Shown here: piece after piece, positions 9,139 through 19,598 of the stretch
Layout: each line of letters opens with the position of its first letter
How positions within the stretch are numbered: the first letter of the stretch is position 1
Assembly: GCF_006345805.1 (NCBI RefSeq)
Contig: NW_021836407.1
Coordinates: 1-19,598 of the forward strand
Direction of reading: 5' to 3'
From: Octopus sinensis
Taxonomy: Eukaryota
DNA length: 19,598 nucleotides
Made by a program: the position numbers and the translations under genes
The notes under the pieces: generated by a model
Seen by the model: only the letters and a program-made list of their open reading frames with translations
What the model was told of the DNA's origin: nothing
Databases searched by the model: none

Positions 9139-10670
9139 TCTCAAGTACCCCCATATCATATGCAAGGAACTTGTTAAATTACATAATATATTACGCAATT
9201 TATTACTCAATTAATTACATAATCTCAAGTACCGCCATATCATATGCAAGGAACTTGTTAAATTACATAATATATTACGCAATTTATTACTCAATTAATT
9301 ACATAATCTCAAGTACCCCCATATCATATGCAAGGAACTTGTTAAATTACATAATATATTACGCAATTTATTACTCAATTTATTACATAATCTTAAGTAC
9401 CCCCATATCATATGCAAGGAACTTGTTAAATTGCATAATATATTACGCAATATATTACTCAATTTATTACATAATCTCAAGTACCCCCATATCATATGCA
9501 AGGAACTTGTTAAATTGCATAATATATTACGCAATTTATTACTCAATTTATTACATAATCTCAAGTACCCCCATATCATATGCAAGGAACTTGTTAAATT
9601 ACATAATATATTACGCAATTTATTACTCAATTTATTACATAGTCTCAAGTACCCCCATATTATATGCAAGGAACTTGTTAAATTACATAATATATTACGC
9701 AATTTATTACTCAATTAATTACATAATCTTAGTACCCCCATATCATATGCAAGGAACTTGTTAAATTACATAATATATTACGCAATTTATTACTCAATTT
9801 ATTACATAATCTCAAGTACCCACATATCATATGCAAGGAACTTGTTAAATTACATAATATATTACGCAATTTATTACGCAATTTATTACATAATCTCAAG
9901 TACCCCCATATCCTTACATCTACGGATCATCCAAAATTGCTAATATATTACGCAATTTAATACATAATCTCAAGTACCCCAATATCATATGCAAGGAACT
10001 TGTTAAATTACATAATATATTACGCAATTTATTACTCAATTTATTACATAATTTCAAGTACCCCCATATCATATGCAAGGAACTTGTAAAATTACATAAT
10101 ATATTACGCAATTGATTACGCAATTTATTACTCAATTTATTACATAATCTCAATACCCCCATATCCTTACATCTACGGACCATCCAAAATTGCATAATAT
10201 ATTACGCAATTTATTACTCAATTTATTACATAATCTCAGTACCCCCATATCATATGCAAGAACTTGTTAAATTGCATAATATATTACGCAATTTATTACT
10301 CAATTTATTACATAATCTCAAGTACCCCCATATCATATGCAAGGAACTTGTTAAATTGCATAATATATTACGCAATTTATTACTCAATTTATTACATAAT
10401 CTCAAGTACCCCATATCATATGCAAGGAACTTGTTAAATTGCATAATATATTACGCAATTTATTACTCAATTTATTACATAATCTCAAGTACTCCCATAT
10501 CCTTACATCTACGGACCATCCAAAATTGCATAATATATTACGCAATTTATTACTCAATTTATTACATAATCTCAAGTACCCCCATATCATATGCAAGGAA
10601 CTTGTTAAATTACATAATATATTACGCAATTTATTACTCATTTATTACATAATCTCAAGTACCCCCTATC
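9139..10670 (+). repeat. 84-bp satellite block S2 (18 monomers, 1532 bp)
   Basis: Clean tandem monomers. B monomers at 9913, 10166 and 10502. A 74-bp variant at 9895-9968 and a 96-bp variant at 10053-10148. Confidence 0.97.
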
Positions 10671-13600
10671 CTTACAACTACGGACCATCCAAACTACGGA
10701 CCATCAAGACAATTGCACGTGCACGTTGTTGTTTGTTGCTTTGTTGCTATTTCTTGTATTGTTGTTCATTATATTGTAATATCGTTCTTTCTGATTTCCT
10801 TGTATCTTATATTCTTGTACTCATTGTTATATTCCTCAATTCTTGTATCTAATCTGTTTATGATCCCATCTCTTATTCAATCGTTTCAAACATTCGAATG
10901 CCTAATCTGCTCAACAAATAACACTCGCAAGAAGCGAGAAAGTGCTTTGACTGTCAGAGAGATGTGCACCTATCTTGTGCCGGCTTAACAAAGATGTCAT
11001 CTGCAGCCCTCGCAATCTGGAAATGTCCAGCGTGTCTCAGTGCTTGTCCCCTAAAGCCAGCACCCCTTCAAAATCCCCCACTCCCGTCTCGTCCGGTTGT
11101 TTGTGACATCCCCTTCGAAGATTTGTTATCCTCTTTTGCCGGTCTGCGCCGCGCACGGAAGATATGCATAAAAATTCCGAAAGCAGCTCGGATTGCCGTC
11201 GCCGACTCGCTCACGAAGACCATTGTAAACGCCCTCGATTCTGACCAGCCTGCTGATTGGCTGAAATTATTTTGCTTTGGTCCCATGGCAATTGGCACAC
11301 CCTACAGGGAACCTAATTCGAAGCAGCGCGGTTCCCTGACTTCGCAATTAAAGGAAAATTTGACTCTCTTCGACAAAAATCCATTCACGGTCCTTCCTAC
11401 TCCCCCCGCTGAATTTGAGACCCCTTTAACGAATAACCTGAACGCACAAACCTTCGTAATAAAGTCCACGCCAAGCTTATGGAAAACGATGTTAAGCTGC
11501 TGTTCGCCTTGTGGCTTCCGATGACGTTGTTCTACCTCCGTCGGAAGAGCTTCTCGAGGCACTCAAACTTAAACATCCGGCTGCCCCCACCGACCTCCGT
11601 GCTTTGCCAGTCCTCTCTGGAACCCCTACACATTCCTTTACGCCCTCGGAGATCTTAAGCTGCATCGCGAGTTTCCCCCTCAGCAGCAGTGGTGGCGTGG
11701 ACGGTCTTCGTCCTGGCCACCTACGTGACCTGACGTCCCCGGTTACAGGCGAGGCAAGAACCCGCCTGGTGAAGGCAATTACTGCTCTTGCAATTTTCTC
11801 GGTTCTTCTCCGGCGACCTTATCCCGTATGCACGTGACTTATTCTTCTCTGCCAATCTCACTGCATTGAGGAAGACCGATGGTGGAGTTCGCCCCATCGC
11901 TGTCGGAAATGTCTTCAGGAGGCTGGCTGCTAAGCTTGCTTGCAGGCTCGTCTCTACTGATCTTGGCGCATTTTTCGGACCTGTTCAACTTGGAGTTGCT
12001 GTCAAGAATGGATGTGAAGGCGCCGCCCACGCAATGAGATGTTATATCGCCAATGCGTCAGCCGATTCTCGCCATGACAGGGCACTTCTCAAACTTGACA
12101 TCAAGAACGCATTTAACTGCATCCGCCGGGATCACTTCCTGTCAGTTTGCTTCGACCAGTTCCCCCCGTTTTGTATCCCCTGGCGCTATTGTCATATGGA
12201 AGACCTAGCTCTCTAGTATTCGGTTCGGATATTATTCCTTCAAGTACGGGAGTTCAACAGGGCGATCCACTAGGTCCCCTTCTCTTTGCCTTGGGAATAA
12301 ATGGAATAGCTCGGTCGGTTTCTTCCGAACTGAATATTTGGTATCTGGACGATGCCACTATTGCGGCTCCCCAGAGACGATTTTAAGAGACGCTTTGTCG
12401 TTGGCACCTGCACTTCTGAGGATTGGATTGGAGATTAACCCCACCAAATCCGAATTAGTCGGTGTCAACATTCCTGATAAACGCCTTGACGACCTTTCAT
12501 CGTCCCTCCGCACTGGTCTTGGCCAAGTGCGCGCGACTGACGTAAATGATCTCCGGATCCTTGGATCCCCCATCCTGCCGACTGCTATTAAGACTGATCT
12601 TCTTACCAAACATTCCACGTTAACTATTTTGCTGGACCGCCTCACGTTTTTGGACAGCCACGTCGGCCTGTTTCTTGCGAAAAACTTTTTCCCCTGCCTA
12701 AATTACTCTACTCCCTCAGAAGTGCACCTTGTTGCCTACATGAGGACATTCTCACTGATCTCGGCGACTCCCTTCGTTCGAAGATCGAATCAATATGCAA
12801 TGTCGAGTTCGACTCTTTGGGGTGGAGTCAAGCTTCACTCCCCGTACGCCACGGAGGCCTTGGAATTCGGTGTCCGAATGATGTTGCACTGCCTGCCTAC
12901 CTGTCGTCACTTTCTTCATGCCAGAAACTCATGGGCACGGTTCTTCCAACCGATTTTGAACATTACGTGCCCTCTGAGTTATCATCGGCGGTCGTAAAGT
13001 GGCACTCGCTAGGACTGGAATCCCAGAGGATCAGCATAAGCAATTTGTTTGGGACGAAGTCCGCCTACAATCCCGAATCCAATCTTTACGTACATCTTTC
13101 GACCAACACCGCTTGGCCTGCTTTGAGACGGCATGTCGCCCTCACAGCGGAGCCTGGCTAAATGCCACTCCACTGCCGAGCATTGGGAACCTTCTGGACT
13201 GCGAGTCCGTACGCACTGGAATCTGTTTACGTCTCGGTCTTCGCCTATGCGAGCCACATGTCTGCCGCTGTGGCGCGAAAATCTGTCGCTTTGGATTGCA
13301 CGCTCTATCGTGCAGACGCAGTGCTGGCCGCATCCCGCGTCACGCGCGCTCTTAACGACCTTATCAGGAGAGCCCTGGAAGTCGCCGGAATCCCCTCCCT
13401 GCTTGAACCCACTGGGATCGATCGGGGAGACGGAAAAAGGCCTGACGGGATAACTGTGTTTCCTTTCAACAGGGGGAAGCCTCTCACCTGGGATGCCACG
13501 TGTGTGACTCTTTCTCGCCTCAGAACCTGCTGATTCGGCCTCCGCTCCTGGATCTATTGTCACAACCGCGGAATGCAAAAAGATGCGGAAGTACTCCTCA

Positions 13601-13869
13601 CTTACGGAGAAGTTCCAATTCCTTCCATTCGCGGTTGAGACTTCCGGTTCCTTGGGCAGTAAGGCAATCAGCTTCGTTCAGGAGATCGATCCCGCATGTC
13701 TGCCATCACAGGCGACGCCCGCGAATCGAGATGGTTTTTCGAGCGGATATCCCTTGCGATAGAACGCTCTAATTCTTTCTCGATCGCGTCGGCTTCCCGC
13801 CCTTGAAGCTTTTAATTAATTAACTTGTAGTTATTGGTTGGTTTTCAAAAAAAAAAAAAAAAAAAAAAA
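10671..13869 (+). mobile_element. Full-length CRE-like retrotransposon, copy 3
   Basis: Same 5' junction, body and 3' UTR as copy 2. A23 tail at 13847-13869. Confidence 0.95.
10860..13806 (+). pseudogene. PHD-RT-RLE ORF of copy 3, frameshifted as sequenced
   Basis: ATG at 10860 and TGA at 13804-13806. Multiple private small indels, while all domain motifs remain visible in the ORF fragments. Possibly sequencing error. Confidence 0.75.
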
Positions 13870-14987
13870 TCTCAAGTACCCCCATATCATATGCAAGAAC
13901 TTGTTAATTAACTTTTTAAATACATAATCTATTACGCAATTTATTACTCAATTTATTACATATCTCAAGTACCCCCATATTATATGCAAGGAACTTGTTA
14001 AATTACATAATATATTACGCAATTTAATTACTCAATTAATTACATAATCTTAAGTACCCCCATATCATATGCAAGGAACTTGTTAAATACATAATATTAC
14101 GCAATTTATTACTCAATTATTACATAATCTCAAGTACCCCTATCATATGCAAGGAACTTGTTAAATTACATAATAATTACGCAATTTATTACGCAATTTA
14201 TTACATAATCTCAAGTACCCCCATATCTTACATCTACGGATCATCCAAAATTGCTAATATATTACGCAATTAATACATATCTCAAGTACCCCAATATCAT
14301 ATGCAAGGAACTTGTTAAATTACATAATATATTACGCAATTTATTACTCAATTTATTACATAATCTCAAGTACCCCCATATCATATGCAAGGAACTTGTA
14401 AAATTACATAATATATTACGCAATTTATTACGCAATTTATTACTCAATTTATTACATAATCTCAATACCCCCATATCCTTACATCTACGGACCATCCAAA
14501 ATTGCATAATATATTACGCAATTTATTACTCAATTTATTACATAATCTCAAGTACCCCCATATCATATGCAAGAAACTTGTTAAATTGCATAATATATTA
14601 CGCAATTTATTACTCAATTTATTACATAATCTCAAGTACCCCCATATCATATGCAAGGAACTTGTTAAATTGCATAATATATTACGCAATTTATTACTCA
14701 ATTTATTACATAATCTCAAGTACCCCCATATCATATGCAAGGAACTTGTTAAATTGCATAATATATTACGCAATTTATTACTCAATTTATTACATAATCT
14801 CAAGTACTCCCATATCCTTACATCTACGGACCATCCAAAATTGCATAATATATTACGCAATTTATTACTCAATTTATTACATAATCTCAAGTACCCCCAT
14901 ATCATATGCTAGGAACTTGTTAAATTACATAATATATTACGCAATTTATTACTCAATTTATTACATAATCTCAAGTACCCCCATATC
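13870..14987 (+). repeat. 84-bp satellite block S3 (13 monomers, 1118 bp)
   Basis: Tandem monomers with B monomers at 14227, 14478 and 14817. Confidence 0.97.
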
Positions 14988-17900
14988 CTTACAACTACGG
15001 ACCATCCAAACTACGGACCATCAAGACAATTGCACGTGCACGTTGTTGTTGTTGCTTTGTTGCTATTTCTTGTATTGTTGTTCATTATATTGTAATATCG
15101 TTCTTTCTGATTTCCTTGTATCTTATATTCTTGTACTCATTGTTATATTCCTCAATTCTTGTATCTAATCTGTTTATGATCCCATCTCTTATTCAATCGT
15201 TTCAAACATTCGAATGCCTAATCTGCTCAACAAATAACACTCGCAAGAAGGCGAGAAAGTGCTTTGACTGTCAGAGAGATGTGCACCTATCTTGTGCCGG
15301 CTTAACAAAGATGTCATCTGCAGCCCTCGCAATCTGGAAATGTCCAGCGTGTCTCAGTGCTTGTCCCCTAAAGCCAGCACCCCTTCAAAATCCCCACTCC
15401 CGTCTCGTCCGGTTGTTTGTGACATCCCCTTCGAAGATTTGTTATCCTCTTTTGCCGGTCTGCGCCGCGCACGGAAGATATGCATAAAAATTCCGAAAGC
15501 AGCTCGGATTGCCGTCGCCGACTCGCTCACGAAGACCATTGTAAACGCCCTCGATTCTGACCAGCCTGCTGATTGGCTGAAATTATTTTGCTTTGGTCCC
15601 ATGGCAATTGGCACACCCTACAGGGAACCTAATTCGAAGCAGCGCGGTTCCCTGACTTCGCAATTAAAGGAAAATTTGACTCTCTTCGACAAAATCCATT
15701 CACGGTCCTTCCTACTCCCCCCGCTGAATTTGAGACCCCTTTAACGAATAAACCTGAACGCACAAACCTTCGTAATAAAGTCCACGCCAAGCTTATGGAA
15801 AACGATGTTAAAGCTGCTGTTCGCGCTTGTGGCTTCCGATGACGTTGTTCTACCTCCGTCGGAAGAGCTTCTCGAGGCACTCAAACTTAAACATCCGGCT
15901 GCCCCCACCGACCTCCGTGCTTTGCCAGTCCTCTCTGGAACCCCTACACATTCCTTTACGCCCTCGGAGATCTTAAGCTGCATCGCGAGTTTCCCCCTCA
16001 GCAGCAGTGGTGGCGTGGACGGTCTTCGTCCTGGCCACCTACGTGACCTGACGTCCCCGGTTACAGGCGAGGCAAGAACCCGCCTGGTGAAGGCAATTAC
16101 TGCTCTTTGCAATCGGTTCTTCTCCGCGACCTATCCCGTATGCACGTGACTTATTCTTCTCTGCCAATCTCACTGCATTGAGGAAGACCGATGGTGGAGT
16201 TCGCCCCATCGCTGTCGGAAATGTCTTCAGGAGGCTGGCTGCTAAGCTTGCTTGCAGGCTCGTCTCTACTGATCTTGGCGCATTTTTCGGACCTGTTCAA
16301 CTTGGAGTTGCTGTCAAGATGGATGTGAAGGCGCCGCCCACGCAATGAGATGTTATATCGCCAATGCGTCAGCCGATTCTCGCCATGACAGGGCACTTCT
16401 CAAACTTGACATCAAGAACGCATTTAACTGCATCCGCCGGGATCACTTCCTGTCAGTTTGCTTCGACCAGTTCCCCGTTTTGTATCCCCTGGCGCTATTG
16501 TCATATGGAAGACCTAGCTCTCTAGTATTCGGTTCGGATATTATTCCTTCAAGTACGGGAGTTCAACAGGGCGATCCACTAGGTCCCCTTCTCTTTGCCT
16601 TGGGAATAAATGGAATAGCTCGGTCGGTTTCTTCCGAACTGAATATTTGGTATCTGGACGATGCCACTATTGGCGGCTCCCCAGAGACGATTTTAAGAGA
16701 CGCTTTGTCGTTGGCACCTGCACTTCTGAGGATTGGATTGGAGATTAACCCCACCAAATCCGAATTAGTCGGTGTCAACATTCTGATAAACGCCTTGACG
16801 ACCTTTCATCGTCCCTCCGCACTGGTCTTGGCCAAGTGCGCGCGACTGACGTAAATGATCTCCGGATCCTTGGATCCCCCATCCTGCCGACTGCTATTAA
16901 GACTGATCTTCTTACCAAACATTCCACGTTAACTATTTTGCTGGACCGCCTCACGTTTTGGACAGCCACGTCGGCCTGTTTCTTGCGAAAAACTTTTTCG
17001 CCCTGCCTAAATTACTCTACTCCCTCAGAAGTGCACCTTGTTGCCTACATGAGGACATTCTCACTGATCTCGGCGACTCCCTTCGTTCGAAGATCGAATC
17101 AATATGCAATGTCGAGTTCGACTCTTTGGGGTGGAGTCAAGCTTCACTCCCCGTACGCCACGGAGGCCTTGGAATTCGGTGTCCGAATGATGTTGCACTG
17201 CCTGCCTACCTGTCGTCACTTTCTTCATGCCAGAAACTCATGGGCACGGTTCTTCCAACCGATTTTGAACATTACGTGCCCTCTGAGTTATCATCGGCGG
17301 TCGTAAAGTGGCACTCGCTAGGACTGGAAATCCCAGAGGATCAGCATAAGCAATTTGTTTGGGACGAAGTCCGCCTACAATCCCGAATCCAATCTTACGT
17401 ACATCTTTCGACCAACACCGCTTGGCCTGCTTTGAGACGGCATGTCGCCCTCACAGCGGAGCCTGGCTAAATGCCACTCCACTGCCGAGCATTGGGAACC
17501 TTCTGGACTGCGAGTCCGTACGCACTGGAATCTGTTTACGTCTCGGTCTTCGCCTATGCGAGCCACATGTCTGCCGCTGTGGCGCGAAAATCTGTCGCTT
17601 TGGATTGCACGCTCTATCGTGCAGACGCAGTGCTGGCCGCATCCCGCGTCACGCCGCTCTTAACGACCTTATCAGGAGAGCCCTGGAAGTCGCCGGAATC
17701 CCCTCCCTGCTTGAACCCACTGGGATCGATCGGGGAGACGGAAAAAGGCCTGACGGGATAACTGTGTTTCCTTTCAACAGGGGGAAGCCTCTCACCTGGG
17801 ATGCCACGTGTGTGGACTCTTTCTCGCCTCAGAACCTGCTGAGTCGGCCTCCGCTCCTGGATCTATTGTCACAAGCGGAATGCAAAAAGATGCGGAAGTA

Positions 17901-18175
17901 CTCCTCACTTACGGAGAAGTTCCAATTCCTTCCATTCGCGGTTGAGACTTCCGGTTCCTTGGGCAGTAAGGCAATCAGCTTTGTTCAGGAGATCGGATCC
18001 CGCATGTCTGCCATCACAGGCGACGCCCGCGAATCGAGATGGTTTTTCGAGCGGATATCCCTTGCGATAGAACGCTCTAATTCTTTCTCGATCGCGTCGG
18101 CTTCCCGCACTTGAAGCTTTTAATTAATTAACTTGTAGTTATTGGTTGGTTTTCAAAAAAAAAAAAAAAAAAAAA
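14988..18175 (+). mobile_element. Full-length CRE-like retrotransposon, copy 4
   Basis: Same 5' junction, body and 3' UTR as copy 2. A21 tail at 18155-18175. Confidence 0.95.
15176..18114 (+). pseudogene. PHD-RT-RLE ORF of copy 4, frameshifted as sequenced
   Basis: ATG at 15176 and stop at 18114, with the same C-terminus SIASASRT. Many private 1-2 nt deletions, possibly sequencing error. Confidence 0.75.
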
Positions 18176-19305
18176 TCTCAAGTACCCCCATATCATATGC
18201 AAGGAACTTGTTAAAATTAACTAACTTGTTAAATACATAATATATTACGCAATTTATTACTCAATTTAATTACATAATCTCAAGTACCCCCATATCATAT
18301 GCAAGGAACTTGTTAAATACATAATATATTACGCAATTTATTACTCAATTAATTACATAATCTTAAGTACCCCCATCATCATATGCAAGGAACTTGTTAA
18401 ATTACATAATATTACGCAATTTATTACTCAATTTATTACATAATCTCAAGTACCCCACATATCATATGCAAGGAACTTGTTAAATTACATAATATTACGC
18501 AATTTATTACGCAATTATTACATAATCTCAAGTACCCATATCCTTACATCTACGATCATCCAAAATTGCTAATATATTACGCAATTTAATACATAATCTC
18601 AAGTACCCCAATATCATATGCAAGGAACTTGTTAAATTACATAATATATTACGCAATTTATTACTCAATTTATTACATAATTTCAAGTACCCCATATCAT
18701 ATGCAAGGAACTTTGTAAATTACATAATATATTACGCAATTGATTACGCAATTTATTACTCATATATATGAATTATTACATAATCTCAAACCCCATATCC
18801 TTACATCTACGGACCATCCAAAATTGCATAATATATTACGCAATTATTACTCATTTATTACATAATCTCAAGTACCCCCATATCATATGCAAGAAACTTG
18901 TTAATTGCCATAATATATTACGCAATTTATTACTCAATTATTACATAATCTCAAGTACCCCCATATCATATGCAAGGAACTTGTTAAATTGCATAATATA
19001 TTACGCAATTTATTACTCAATTTATTACATAATCTCAAGTACTCCCATATCATATGCAAGGAACTTGTTAAATTGCATAATATATTACGCAATTTATTAC
19101 TCAATTATTACATAATCTCAAGTACTCCCATATCCTTACATCTACGGACCATCCAAAATTGCATAATATATTACGCAATTTATTACTCAATTTATTACAT
19201 AATCTCAAGTACCCCCATATCATATGCTAGGAACTTGTTAAATTACATAATATATTACGCAATTTATTACTCAATTTATTACATAATCTCAAGTACCCCC
19301 ATATC
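18176..19305 (+). repeat. 84-bp satellite block S4 (13 monomers, 1130 bp)
   Basis: Same order of variant monomers as S3. B monomers at 18543, 18800 and 19135. Noisier sequence. Confidence 0.96.
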
Positions 19306-19598
19306 CTTACAACTACGGACCATCCAAACTACGGACCATCAAGACAATTGCACGTGCACGTTGTTGTTGTTGCTTTGTTGCTATTTCTTGTATTGTGTTC
19401 ATTATTTGTAATATCGTTCTTTCTGATCCTTGTATCTTATATTCTGTACTCATGTTATATTTCCTCAATTCTTGTATCTAATCTGTTTATGATCCCATCT
19501 CTTATTCAATCGTTTCAAACATTCGAATGCCTAATCTGCTCAACAAATAACACTCGCAAGAAGGCGAGAAAGTGCTTTGACTGTCAGAGAGATGTGCA
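19306..19598 (+). mobile_element. CRE-like retrotransposon copy 5, 5' part only (cut by window end)
   Basis: Same 5' junction and leader. ATG at 19489 and the start of the PHD finger (CLIC...CFDC). Confidence 0.93.

Noticed and set aside
692-19598. Whole window as a rolling-circle or chimeric concatemer of one molecule
   Set aside because: The spacers differ in monomer number and order, and the copies fall into two SNP haplotypes. Only the S3/S4 pair could be an artefactual duplicate.

Overview
This is eukaryotic repeat DNA with no host genes. It is a head-to-tail array of one ~3.19 kb non-LTR retrotransposon (4 full copies plus the start of a 5th, all on the + strand). The copies are separated by 1.1-2.1 kb blocks of an AT-rich 84-bp satellite. 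Copy 2 has an intact single ORF (982 aa from the ATG at 6131; stop at 9079). It encodes an N-terminal PHD finger, a reverse transcriptase, a CxC-H-C zinc knuckle and a restriction-like (PD-D..K..KY) endonuclease. This is the R2-group/RLE architecture, and the motifs look most like the CRE clade. Copies 1, 3 and 4 differ from copy 2 mostly by private 1-nt indels, which are probably long-read errors. Every copy sits at the same position of the satellite monomer, with an apparent 19-21 bp target-site duplication, (AA)TCTCAAGTACCCCCATATC. Fourteen satellite monomers carry a ~23-nt segment nearly identical to the element's 5' tip. Element SNP haplotypes co-vary with downstream satellite haplotypes, so element plus satellite form a higher-order repeat. 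The host organism and chromosomal location (centromere, subtelomere or other) cannot be determined from this window.
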